A stretch of 62,170 nt of DNA, counting the filler, from Stramenopiles sp. TOSAG23-3 (taxonomy: Eukaryota): NCBI GenBank assembly GCA_900128585.1. It is 16 parts of 16 records of this genome, joined end to end, with 100 filler letters (N's around TTAATTAATTAA, not from the genome) between each part and the next. Parts side by side here need not be neighbours in the genome. Positions count along the whole stretch, not along the records: positions 31,211 to 34,997 come from LT644072.1; positions 35,098 to 38,884 come from LT644073.1; positions 38,985 to 42,769 come from LT644074.1; 13 more parts are not named here. One strand, 5' to 3'. Below are positions 32,111 to 42,869 of the stretch, in pieces (the first letter of the stretch is position 1; each line of letters begins with the position of its first letter). The translations under genes were made by a program, and so were the position numbers. The notes under the pieces are model-generated. The model searched no databases, was not told the DNA's origin, and saw only the letters and a program-made list of their open reading frames with translations.

Positions 32111-32336
32111 ATTTTTGCAGAGCTTTTATTACGAGTTAGATCTCAGGTTTTCTTGCTTCGTGCGACTTTACATTTATGATGCACTTCTTATATAATGTCT
32201 TTTGCAAACAATTAAGAATTACCTATGTTTATTTTTCCACAATTAAGGAAGGATGAATTGGAAATGTCACTTCACTTATTAAACTTTAAAAGCAAAATAT
32301 TTCTCTCTTTAATTCCTTTAAAATCTCCCTTTCAAG

Positions 32337-34574
32337 TCAAACCGAGCTTGTAACCCCGCTGCAATACATGTCGTGCATTCTCTTCAAATTCTTTGCCAGC
32401 ACGTCAGGAAAATGATCACCGACCATCGTGGCGTCCACAAGAATTTCTTGGAATGCTTCCGTGTTGTCCACCACCCACTGTAGTTCGAACTTTCTTGGGA
32501 CATCACAACAGATCCCGCTCAAGAAATTGCACGCCCGGGAACATTGCGTGCGTGTTCGCACCGTCTGAGCAATGTGCAGACAGTTCCCAGGCAGGTACAT
32601 ATTTCTCAAACTGTCCATCCCTTCCGATGTGCGGTCCTGCTTGTCGCGTCCCTCCCGCTCGTCTATGTCTATCGAGACGTCTTCCTGGGCAAGACTGCTC
32701 CCTCTTTCTGCGGACGGCACCACTTTGTCTATGCATCCACACGCGCCGCCCAGCATTATTTTGTACTTCGGTGCGGGGGAACTCTGAACAGCGTCTACCA
32801 CCAGAGTTCTAAGACGGTACATGTTCTGTGGTGAGAACCGAGCAATAAGATCAGTCCCGAGGGTAACGGAAAAGGCAAATTTCTTTGTTTGCTCCACCAT
32901 CCCAGCGCTAAAAATAGGTGGGGGGGAATAGAAGAACGCCCGTAAGGATTTGACTTTGCTTCGAAGGAGTAACGACACCATCGCCCCAATTCCTGCCCCA
33001 AGCGAATGCCCAACAACCACGACAGAGTAGGCCTCCCCGACACTTTCCATGGCAAAATTTTTGCTGCTCGCATTTCCCATGCTCCAACCTTTGTCTGCAA
33101 AGATATTCAAGGGAAGCAGCCCCTTTCTCTGTATCGTTTGAACGATCGCCAGGGCAGTGTTGTAGACCCCTCTGTGGCAATACTGGCCTTCCCCATCAAA
33201 CCCCCACTCCTGCCCGATCGTGTCCATCGGAATGTCTTCTGCCATGACATCCTTGACACAATCGTCCAGGCTGAGCGTGCCCCTAATGGTAATTACCACA
33301 CACTGCTTCCGGTGATCTACGAGTACGGCAAAAGGGGAATGGAGAAGCGAGTTTTTGAACGAAACGTACAGGATGGAATCGTCATCGTCGATCCCAATTG
33401 TCTTCTTCATTCCAGCAAACTGGGCCCCGAAGCGGCGAACGCAGTTCGGGCAGGTCTTTCCAATGCAGCTTCTTGGGCTGACAAAGCGGTTGCCCGCCGC
33501 AAAGCAATTGCACGCGTTCGAGCAGCAGTATATGTTGCACGGGCCGCATTCCGATAGATTTGCATACATGAACAAGAGGTCACCATAGATTCCCATGGCA
33601 TACTTGTAGTAGTACTGCATGTCCGAAAGAACGACGGCATCGTCCCATTCGAAGTCGTTGGCAAGGAATTGGCGCCGTTCCCCTTGGCTCTGAAAGGTAA
33701 GCTTTGCCTTGGACCGTTTCTCCAGGTCCTGGATCTCCGCGGCCGAAGAGTCTAACAGACGTTCGATGTGTTTCCGCTCCTTGGCTTTCTGGTCCACCTG
33801 GACCAGCCATAACCCAAGCGCGACATCGTCACTGGTGAGATCAAATCCTTCAAAAAATGTCGCGAGCGTACGCCCCACCGAATCGTACGCGAGGCTCAAA
33901 CCAGCACTATCAACGCAGAAAGAACAGACCCGCCGGCAGATGGTGCTGTAGTACGCCGCCGACTTCAACCGGCCTGCGCCGTCGCTGCCACCTTCGCCCA
34001 AGAGCAAAGTTTCGGATTCAGCTCTCACACTACGGGAATACCCGCCCTTGGAGCCGTCGTGCCGAGACAACCGGCAGCAAAACAACACGAAGAACCAAAA
34101 CAAATGGTACATGGAGAAAAACGTCTGCAAAATAACGAGAGCAGTCAGTAGGACAACTCCAGTGTGCCCGAAGTTTTTGCAACGTTCACCACTGTCAGAA
34201 TTGCTGGATATTGCCCAAGTAATACCTGCGATGTTGTTGACCATAAACAGCAGGACGAGAAAAAACCGAAGAGAAAGTATAGTCGGGACGATGATCCGTT
34301 TCTCACTCTGGTACGGCGACCCCTTCGACGAATAGTACATTAAAAACGCGGACATAACCATCCAGAGCCCACACACAGTCAAGAACGAAATTGCGTATAG
34401 CGGTCCACCCTTCCCACAGGTGCCCAACCGTTCCATGTGGCCATCGGTGAAAGAAACTGAGATCGCTGCAACGACCAGAAGGACAGAACCTGCCATTGCG
34501 TCCAAACAGCCTTGAAACACACACACATCCGAGCTAAAACCGAAGTTGTGCCCCAGCCACCTTGTGGACGGCAT
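32337..34574 (-). CDS. DAGL: sn1-specific diacylglycerol lipase (class 3 lipase with 4 N-terminal TMs)
   Basis: Four TM segments, DLTSDDVALGL, ITIRGTLSLDDC, CHRG, GHSLGAG nucleophile, DLIARFS, MYLPG, DHFP. Confidence 0.9.
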   Translation of the reverse strand: MPSTRWLGHNFGFSSDVCVFQGCLDAMAGSVLLVVAAISVSFTDGHMERLGTCGKGGPLYAISFLTVCGLWMVMSAFLMYYSSKGSPYQSEKRIIVPTILSLRFFLVLLFMVNNIAGITWAISSNSDSGERCKNFGHTGVVLLTALVILQTFFSMYHLFWFFVLFCCRLSRHDGSKGGYSRSVRAESETLLLGEGGSDGAGRLKSAAYYSTICRRVCSFCVDSAGLSLAYDSVGRTLATFFEGFDLTSDDVALGLWLVQVDQKAKERKHIERLLDSSAAEIQDLEKRSKAKLTFQSQGERRQFLANDFEWDDAVVLSDMQYYYKYAMGIYGDLLFMYANLSECGPCNIYCCSNACNCFAAGNRFVSPRSCIGKTCPNCVRRFGAQFAGMKKTIGIDDDDSILYVSFKNSLLHSPFAVLVDHRKQCVVITIRGTLSLDDCVKDVMAEDIPMDTIGQEWGFDGEGQYCHRGVYNTALAIVQTIQRKGLLPLNIFADKGWSMGNASSKNFAMESVGEAYSVVVVGHSLGAGIGAMVSLLLRSKVKSLRAFFYSPPPIFSAGMVEQTKKFAFSVTLGTDLIARFSPQNMYRLRTLVVDAVQSSPAPKYKIMLGGACGCIDKVVPSAERGSSLAQEDVSIDIDEREGRDKQDRTSEGMDSLRNMYLPGNCLHIAQTVRTRTQCSRACNFLSGICCDVPRKFELQWVVDNTEAFQEILVDATMVGDHFPDVLAKNLKRMHDMYCSGVTSSV

Positions 34575-35097
34575 TGACAGGCACGCTTTCCTCGTTGAAT
34601 TAAACGGTTAGAACAGAACAATGCGCTTGCAAATTTCGTATATTGGTTCTCTTTAGAATTATATACATTCTTTTAAAAAATCTATGTGCTTCTCTCCGGA
34701 AGTATTATGATTAGTATATACTTGAATTCAATATTCAATATTAATATTCAAAATTGAAAACCGTTATTTTTTATTGTAGTATTGTGATTGATGAAGGAAA
34801 AGAGAAGAATGCAATGCGGAATATATATTGCATTGTTGGATGATGGAAGAAAGGAGCACGAATGTTTAATTACAATGCACACAGCATGGGAAACGCGAAG
34901 GGGTCCAATTTGCAATTAACGAGTATCTTTGGCGCGGAATTGAAAAAGTGCAAACGACTTTGTGTTAACTATTTGAAACAAAGAGATCTTTATGAAANNN
35001 NNNNNNNNNNNNNNNNNNNNNNNNNNNNNNNNNNNNNNNNNTTAATTAATTAANNNNNNNNNNNNNNNNNNNNNNNNNNNNNNNNNNNNNNNNNNNN

Positions 35098-35998
35098 AAA
35101 AAACTAGATTTGATTGGACCAAATCCTCCTCCACGGCAAAACCATCGATCGAGTTCAGAGCTGCACACAGTCGTTTCGCGTTTTTGTGATCCTTTAAAAA
35201 TGCCTCGTGGTATCCATCCAGTCCTACCATAGCAGCTGCACACAGCACCCCGCTTTGTCGCATACCTCCCCCTAAAAGTTTTCGTAGCCGAAGGGCTTCT
35301 TCAATCAAATCATGAGACCCAGCCAAGATACTTCCAACCGGCGCCCCGACACCTTTCGACAGGCACAAGGCCACTGTGTCGCAGGGTTCTACCAACTTGG
35401 ACGGTTCGCTGTCGAGAGCTGCTGCAGCATTGAGCAGTCGAGCCCCATCCACGTGAAAGGCTAGTCCATACGATTTGCAGATCTTGCTCACCGCCGACAT
35501 GTACTCTTGAACTTCAACGATAGAATTACCAAGCGTTGTACCTCCGCATTTATTCTGCGTTTGTTCCAAAGCAACACATGTTGTTACAGGGCAGTGTACA
35601 TCGATTGGCCGGATGGACTGCTCGATTTTTTCTGTATTTAACTGGCCATTTCTTTCGTTTTCAATTGTATCAAGTGTAATCCCCCATAATTGGGATGCCC
35701 CCCCTGTCTCGTAGCAGTAAATGTGAGACTGACTGCCGCATATAGTGGCAGTACCAGGCCTCTGGCCGTGGCAACCTAAAGCAATCTGGTTCGCCATTAC
35801 ACCGGATGGGACGTATACCGCAGCTTCTTTTCCTAACAAACTAGCACAACGCTCTTGCAGTTCAATAACTGTAGGATCGTCACCAAATGTCGGTCGTGTT
35901 ACAGTGTCAGATCGAAAATCTATTCGGGGAAAGGATGTAGAGAAGTTTCGCCGCACCACACGCCCGCATTGTTGCCCACGGTGCAGCACGTTTGCCAT
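35098..35998 (-). CDS. Low-specificity L-threonine aldolase (3'-partial)
   Basis: DFRSDTVT, PSGVMANQIA, HIYCYE, HVDGARL, PLP Lys in CLSKGVGAPVGS, GGGMRQSG; presequence-like N-terminus. Confidence 0.92.
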
Positions 35999-36739
35999 GG
36001 TACAGAAATCTACTAATTTTGTATCAATCCAAATTCTATGAGAGTAAAACAGTTCTTTATCCCTATGCTGTAGGAATGATGATGAAAACGCAAAACTTGA
36101 TCCAATTCATTTTCTGTCGAAAGCTGTTGACCCCACTATTCAATAATATTTACCGACAATATAATAATAGACATTTTTTTCTTCTTCTTCTTTTTTTTTT
36201 TGATGAAGAATAATGTTGTTTTTTTTTAATTATTATTTTGTTGTTGTCGATTGTCGATGATGATGATGACGACGACGACTCCGCTCTTCTTCTTCTTCTT
36301 CCGTCCTTTCTCTTCTTCCGTCCCTACTATCATCCTACCAGGGGTACTATCCTCTTCATATTAAGGAATATATAGTGCTTGTTCTACTTTCAACACCCCA
36401 TCCATATATTTATCACTTCGTAAATTATTAACTAACAATTAAGATGTTGTTGTGATGTTGTGATGTTGTATACTTTAACTAAAATAAAGAAGACCACCAC
36501 ACCAAATCTAAAACCAACAAAAACACCACCACAACAACAACAATTATTCTTCTCCTCCAAAATTGTATTCCAATTATACTACTTATTTACTACCTGTACA
36601 CATTGATTTCTTCAGAAGAAAAAAGATAATTTCAGATGCAATCAATTGTTAGTTGGAAAAGTTGATTTCATGCGCTTATCGCCATTTAAGCCCACCCACT
36701 GTGTACCATACAATAGTTTTTCTTCTTGGGTTTCAAAGC

Positions 36740-37270
36740 ATGGGGATATTTGTTCTATTCGTTAAGTGTGAGCTGGAGGGCATTGCTCGAGTTCAGTTTG
36801 CCGAGGGGGCAAGGTGGTGCTTAGATCTCGAGAATCAAGGGGAGTCGAAAACAGGTGTCTACATTTGCCCTGACGAAGAGTATGAGGTACCTGGTGGGCG
36901 AGGGATGGCGAATTTCGTCATGAAATGGTCTGAGAGTAAGCGAGACTGCAACATTAGCATTATTGAATTGAAAGACTTTACACGGAACCAGTACACAGCA
37001 GGCGACGTTGGGGAGTTCGTCCCAGTGGTGGCTTTTGAATGCCGCGGTTGTGACGTAGTTGGCTTCAAACTCCACGACCCGTTCGAAATTGAATCGACCG
37101 GGGGTTATGTGTGGAAAGACGCAGAACTTGACGATGCTGAATGGTGCGAATACGACGAAGAAAACGACCTGTCTGTTATGTTGACAGAGTTCGAGTCAAA
37201 GATCGAGGCGCACAGCGGGAAAGCTGCTGGGGGAAAGAAGGGGAAAAAAGGCAAGAAGAAGAAAGGCTGA
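36740..37270 (+). CDS. DUF866 / CZIB (C1orf123)-like protein
   Basis: LFVKCELEG, GGRGMANFVMKW, FECRG, EWCEYDEE..SV. Confidence 0.85.
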   Translation: MGIFVLFVKCELEGIARVQFAEGARWCLDLENQGESKTGVYICPDEEYEVPGGRGMANFVMKWSESKRDCNISIIELKDFTRNQYTAGDVGEFVPVVAFECRGCDVVGFKLHDPFEIESTGGYVWKDAELDDAEWCEYDEENDLSVMLTEFESKIEAHSGKAAGGKKGKKGKKKKG

Positions 37271-37465
37271 AACTGTTAGGTTCATATGTTTTTACTCCTT
37301 AAAACGGGGTGGGGTGGGTACGCGCCTTTTCTTTTTAATCCTTGTGTGGGCGCGTTGTTGATTTACGTACATTAAAGGCGTATATACGCGTATAGATACC
37401 TGTATATCTTCGATTATTCACGCACTCGCCGCATGCCTTCTTGCGCAAAAACGGGCAAAAGACCT

Positions 37466-38884
37466 TCACCCGATTTTTCCTGCTGCTTGTTTCAAAATAG
37501 CATCGTTTGCCCTTTCTGCATACTTTTTAAATTCATGCCGCAAGCGTCCCTTGAATTCTGTCTCGTACATAATCGATTTCTCAACCATCCTTGCTTCCTG
37601 GCGTGCTATTTTTAATTCGAGTTTACATGTTCGTCGCACCTCCTTGTTTTCGATTTTGTAGTATTTTATGATATGAGGTTCGTAGCGGACGTGTTTCATT
37701 GAATTCACTCTCTGAATTTTTGAAAACGCGTTCGAAACGTTGCGGCATGTCCACAGTTTATCCCACGGCAAATCGTATCGAATCTCGTCCATATGCCGCT
37801 GGCATGCCCGAAAGGAACGGAATACTTTGTCGCCAGGACTCTTGTAAAAAACTGTTCCATTTCCCTTATCAATCCTGCCCCACCCCCTTGGGATGGGGGC
37901 GAGTCTTTTGAGCAATCGCGTGGCTAGCACCCAATCATTGCTTTTCTGAAAACCTCCTTTGGAGCTGTACCTTGCCCTGCTTTTCAGGAGATCTTTGTCT
38001 TTTTGCAATAGTTCAATGTTGTTCATGTGGTGCGAAATTCGAGCCTTCCCATGCTGATGCCTGCGGCCACTTTTAGACCCTTTAATAAACTGGTTCACTC
38101 GTAACCACTTTTGGTACTTGGCATCATCGTTGCGTTCGCGTTTTAAATCGTCCAATAAATCTCGCCAGTGCGAGTAGATGTCTTGAATAGCATCATACTC
38201 AATTTGGATGCGCCGGTTGAAGTCAGCAAATTTCAAGATATTTGTGTATACCGAGTAGTGGACTACGATAATCAGTATTTCGCAAACGCGGGCTTGTGAC
38301 ATGTCCCCGGAATAGATGCGATGCATCATGTGCACTGCTTTGTCCAATTGCATGTCTTCGATGCAACGCAAGTAACGGTTGACTTTCGTTCGTTGTTTCT
38401 TCACTTTTAACACGCTGTCTTTCTTTAGCCTCCACCCAGGCATCGTCACGAGCGCTTTTAGGATGTCTTTGCTGTGCTGAGTATCCCTTTGCAATAATTC
38501 CAAACCTTTCCCTTTAAAGTCAGTCCGGTACGAGGTTTTAAAGCAACACAACCCCTTGATGAGCCTGGACATACTCATCATGACGACGCGATTTAAGTAT
38601 CCCTTGTTTTTGTCCACTACTGGTCTAATTAATATTGCGTGTATATACGTGAGAATGAGAACAAAGTAAGTGGCTCCAGCCAGAATTGAGGCGCGGGTAT
38701 AAAATCGACTTCTTCCCGTCGGCCCTGCCCCCAAATGTATCGCTTTGATACTCTCAAACACCATTCCCATGCTTCCCCCTACGACTGCAATGGGCCTAAC
38801 ACGCTGAATACGGTCACCCCAAAAGAAACTGCGAAACCGCTTCAACCGCTCTCCGAAAAGCAAAAACACACACACAGCTAACCC
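37466..38884 (-). CDS. Hypothetical membrane protein (probably 5'-partial) with an MBD-like motif
   Basis: Frame open to the gap; hydrophobic segment ILAGATYFVLILTYIHAILI; IPRGW...VFYKSPGDKVFRS. Confidence 0.6.
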   Translation of the reverse strand, partial: GLAVCVFLLFGERLKRFRSFFWGDRIQRVRPIAVVGGSMGMVFESIKAIHLGAGPTGRSRFYTRASILAGATYFVLILTYIHAILIRPVVDKNKGYLNRVVMMSMSRLIKGLCCFKTSYRTDFKGKGLELLQRDTQHSKDILKALVTMPGWRLKKDSVLKVKKQRTKVNRYLRCIEDMQLDKAVHMMHRIYSGDMSQARVCEILIIVVHYSVYTNILKFADFNRRIQIEYDAIQDIYSHWRDLLDDLKRERNDDAKYQKWLRVNQFIKGSKSGRRHQHGKARISHHMNNIELLQKDKDLLKSRARYSSKGGFQKSNDWVLATRLLKRLAPIPRGWGRIDKGNGTVFYKSPGDKVFRSFRACQRHMDEIRYDLPWDKLWTCRNVSNAFSKIQRVNSMKHVRYEPHIIKYYKIENKEVRRTCKLELKIARQEARMVEKSIMYETEFKGRLRHEFKKYAERANDAILKQAAGKIG

Positions 38885-38984
38885 NNNNNNNNNNNNNNNN
38901 NNNNNNNNNNNNNNNNNNNNNNNNNNNNTTAATTAATTAANNNNNNNNNNNNNNNNNNNNNNNNNNNNNNNNNNNNNNNNNNNN

Positions 38985-39048
38985 AAGAAGAAGAAGAAGA
39001 AGAAGAAGAAGAAGAAGAAGAAGAAAGAAGAAGAAAGAAGAAGAAGAA
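38985..39048 (+). repeat. (GAA)n microsatellite
   Basis: Direct inspection. Confidence 0.9.
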
Positions 39049-39434
39049 GTCACATTTTCTCCACTATGACCTATTTTATTACCAAATATATTATTAGTCC
39101 TATGATGTGACGACGACTAAAAAAAAATATTAATTTTATTATTTTTTAAAAAAATGATGATGATTTTTTCTTCTTCTTTTTTTTTTTTCTTTCTTCTACT
39201 CTTCTCTACTCTCCTCTCATCTCATCTCATTTGAATTTGGACTTAGAATTTGAATTATATTCTTATAAAAGTTACTTGATAGTCTATATTCGGAATCCAT
39301 ATTAATTTTATTTGTCCCTGAAATGTATTTCAAGAACAATCGTAAGATACGGATAAACGTCTTAAATCAAGTTTGCGCCTAAATTTTTCGTGCACTTAAT
39401 TGTACTACCACCGAGTTCAAAAGCCTTTTTTCAA

Positions 39435-40088
39435 ATGTCAGCAATATCGTCCAAAGCTGTTAAGCGGGGTTGTTTTATCTTGTTCGAAGGGGTAGACCGC
39501 TGTGGGAAAACGACACAATGCCAACGCTTGGTAGAATTTTTGAAGCAAGATGGGCGCGCGGTTGAATTTATGAGGTTTCCTGAACGATCTACTGTTATTG
39601 GGAAAACTATTAACAGCTACTTGACCAACGGGATTGATATGAACGACGAGGCCATCCATCTGCTGTTTTCGGCCAACCGATGGGAGCTGTCTACGCAAAT
39701 CAAGGAAAAGCTGGCTGCCGGAGTTACGCTGGTGGTCGACCGGTACGCTTACAGCGGTGTCGCATTTTCTGCGTCGAAGCCAGGAATGGACCTTGAATGG
39801 TGCAAAGCCCCTGATGAAGGCCTGCTTGCGCCAGACGTAGTCCTCTTCATGGACCTCACCATCGAACAAGCGATGCAACGCGGGCAGTTCGGGGAAGAGC
39901 GCTATGAGAAGGAAGAGTTTCAACGCACGGTACGAGAGACGTTTTTGGCCTTGAAGAACCCGTCTTGGAAAATCATTGACGCTTCGAAGTCGATTGAAGA
40001 GGTAGAGCAAAGTGTCAGGGCAGCAGCGTTAACAGCAATCGAGGAAGCCTCGAAGGGAACGCCGTTGAAAACCCTGTGGGGTCAGTAA
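39435..40088 (+). CDS. DTYMK: Thymidylate kinase
   Basis: RGCFILFEGVDRCGKTTQ, RFPERST, HLLFSANRWE, VDRYAYSG, FGEERYE. Confidence 0.96.
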   Translation: MSAISSKAVKRGCFILFEGVDRCGKTTQCQRLVEFLKQDGRAVEFMRFPERSTVIGKTINSYLTNGIDMNDEAIHLLFSANRWELSTQIKEKLAAGVTLVVDRYAYSGVAFSASKPGMDLEWCKAPDEGLLAPDVVLFMDLTIEQAMQRGQFGEERYEKEEFQRTVRETFLALKNPSWKIIDASKSIEEVEQSVRAAALTAIEEASKGTPLKTLWGQ

Positions 40089-40379
40089 CAAGCTGGGCGT
40101 TGTTCACAAATGGCATATCGATATGATACAAGATAAGTTAATACTGATAACGTAAGTTTACGAATATGAAAGAAAAAAAAGAGTGAGATGAGAGAAGATT
40201 CAGTCAAGATCCGTTTTGATACGAGTAAGAAAAAAACAATCCGTACGAGTATAAGAAAGAGAGGCTGCTTTTATTAATTTTGTGATATGTGTTTTTCAAA
40301 AATTGTCAAAAATACATGTCTGTTTGCATTAACATGAGAAATACATTTTCTGTGTCTCGTTAAAATGCGCTGCTCCATT

Positions 40380-41405
40380 TCACTGGATGTTAAAGCTTAC
40401 TTCATACAGCCTGTGGTTGGGTTCGCTTTGCCCCATTTCACAGCTGATGTGAAGCTTTTGGCCCTTTTCCGCTGGAACTGTTTGAGGCAATACGATCACG
40501 GCCTGGCCCCAGTGCGTGCGCGCCTCCTCCTTCGGGGACGTGGACAGGATAACGGCCGTTCCGCCAGAACCAGAATCTTTTGATTTGTCGCAGTATGCGA
40601 ACCGTACGTCGAACCAAACAGCTATCGCATCGAACGGTCGGTCCACCACAAATGGCAAATTAGAGGATCGCATCTGCTGGACGGACTCTACTTTCATTGT
40701 TTTCAAATTAAAGTACTTGAACAACTTTGGGGAAGAGACCAAGTCCGATGCGGCCAAGTGCCGCCGTAACGGGGAATTCGCAATCAACTGGTCTTTTGCG
40801 TACGCTTTCAGCGTCGAGAAGTGAAATCCTTCGATGTCGTCCCAGACGTTCATTTCGCTCTCCATCGAAACGGGGCAAAAGTAAATGCGGGCGTGAGACG
40901 GGAAAAGTACGCCGTTCGGCCGCAAGAACTGGTCACGGGCGTAAAGGACTGAGTCTAGAACGCTCTCTTGCACAAGCAAGAGGCCCATCCATTCCGATAT
41001 GATTACGTCGACTTTCTGAACATCTCCCGGCAGTACAGTCCCTATTTCTTCCACCTTTCCATTTATCACTGTGATAACGTCGCCGTAGCCATTTTCTTCG
41101 GCTGTTTTTGTACAATATTTTGCCATAGCAGAGGCTTCCACGGAGAAAACCTGTTTTGCCCCGAGCCTAGCGGCTAAAAGAGACAAGATTCCTGTGCCGG
41201 CACCAATGTCCATCACTACTTTGCCCTTAAATAGGTGAGCATTCCTTTCAAACGCTTCACGGTACATCTTCATACGTGCCTTGTCCAACAACATTTTCTT
41301 GTGAACAGCGTGGTCAAGGTACCCGTTGAAGTACACCGCCTCACCGTCCCCCGCTCCAACGCCCTCCTCAAGCTTACGCTTGCGCTGGGCCTGAAAAGCT
41401 GCCAT
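40380..41405 (-). CDS. Protein arginine N-methyltransferase (type I-like)
   Basis: H..ML.D..R...Y, VMDIGAGTGILS, DVIISEWMG, THWGQ. Confidence 0.93.
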   Translation of the reverse strand: MAAFQAQRKRKLEEGVGAGDGEAVYFNGYLDHAVHKKMLLDKARMKMYREAFERNAHLFKGKVVMDIGAGTGILSLLAARLGAKQVFSVEASAMAKYCTKTAEENGYGDVITVINGKVEEIGTVLPGDVQKVDVIISEWMGLLLVQESVLDSVLYARDQFLRPNGVLFPSHARIYFCPVSMESEMNVWDDIEGFHFSTLKAYAKDQLIANSPLRRHLAASDLVSSPKLFKYFNLKTMKVESVQQMRSSNLPFVVDRPFDAIAVWFDVRFAYCDKSKDSGSGGTAVILSTSPKEEARTHWGQAVIVLPQTVPAEKGQKLHISCEMGQSEPNHRLYEVSFNIQ

Positions 41406-42268
41406 TGTTTTATTGTATTATTCCCTTCCTTCTGTTTACAAACAAAGCTTGAAAAGCGGTAGTCTTTTAAATCAAATGTCAAAAAATGCACACATATCAT
41501 ACCATAGTCGTCTATAGATTTGAACTATTATTATTTTATAAAAAATAACAATTAGACGACTACTATTACTAATAAAATAATAATTATAATAAATAATAAA
41601 AAAATAATTTATGTGGCATCTCTCGTGTCGGTCCTCGTGGTGTTTTCACATCATCTTCTCACTGAGATATAATATTTTGTTTAGTTACGCCGTCCTCGTA
41701 GTCTAGTATTAATACGAGTACGACTACGTCACTACGAGATAGGATCATATACCATTAATAATAGACTAGTCAAAAGAAGAAAAAAGAAGAAGCCCAAAGA
41801 AGCCCAAATTGAAGAAAGAAAAAGAGGATGCGGAGAGAAGAACAAATGAACAAAGAACAGCGGAGAAGAGAAGAAGAAGAAGAAGAAGAAGAAGAAGAGG
41901 GTATAAGTTTAAAGCATGTGAGAGAAGAAGAATGACTACGAGAGTCTAATAATAATAATAATAAATAATAACCAACACCAAAATACAACAGCATACCACC
42001 AAAAAAAATAAAAAACAAAAAAAAATAATAAAAAATATTAATAATAATTCTTCTTCCCCCCAGTTTGTATATTAATAGACACTATTATTACGAAATTCTA
42101 TAAGCTACAGGAGGCTTTTTTTCTTCTCTTAAAGAAGGCTTTTTATACCAATGAAGGTTTTATAAAATAAATGAGAGAAGGCTGCATTAAAATGAAAAGT
42201 AATTGATCGTTCGCCTTCTCCTTTTTATTCTGTATCAACTTCAACGCCAGGCAACATTCTGTATAGAG

Positions 42269-42769
42269 ATGGCTTCCCTCGCGGTCGGTGACTCCGAGGA
42301 AGTCTCGCCTCTAGATCTACCCGGTGACAGTCAGCGGACTGGTGTTTTGTGGAAATCGGCCCGGGGATTTTTTGGGGGCAAATGGAGAAAACGATTTTTC
42401 GTCGTAACAAAGTCTAGTTTGGAGTACTTTGAAGAATTGAAATTAAAGGGGAAAATTCCATTGGACTACCAAAGCCACGCACAAGTGGAGGAGACCGTCA
42501 AGTGCCCCGAAGTGCCTGGCTACTTCGTCTTGAAACTTACGACACAACACGAAAAGGTTCATTTGGCTGCCGAGAGCGAGATTATTCGGTCGGACTGGAT
42601 TCGCTCTCTCAACACTGTCGCTCAAATACTAAAGGATGCAAAGTATTCAGCTTCCAAACCTGTTATAGATGCGGCAAAAAAACGACGAACAAAAATGTCG
42701 GTTAGTGGAATGCCTACGGTGACGGTCCCGGTGTTTCTACCACCGCCTCCACCACCACCCTTAAACGCC
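42269..42769 (+). CDS. PH-domain protein with polyproline tract (3'-partial)
   Basis: GVLWK...WRKRFFVV...LKGKIPL...LAAESE..RSDWI; PPPPPPP before the gap. Confidence 0.85.
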
Positions 42770-42869
42770 NNNNNNNNNNNNNNNNNNNNNNNNNNNNNNN
42801 NNNNNNNNNNNNNTTAATTAATTAANNNNNNNNNNNNNNNNNNNNNNNNNNNNNNNNNNNNNNNNNNNN

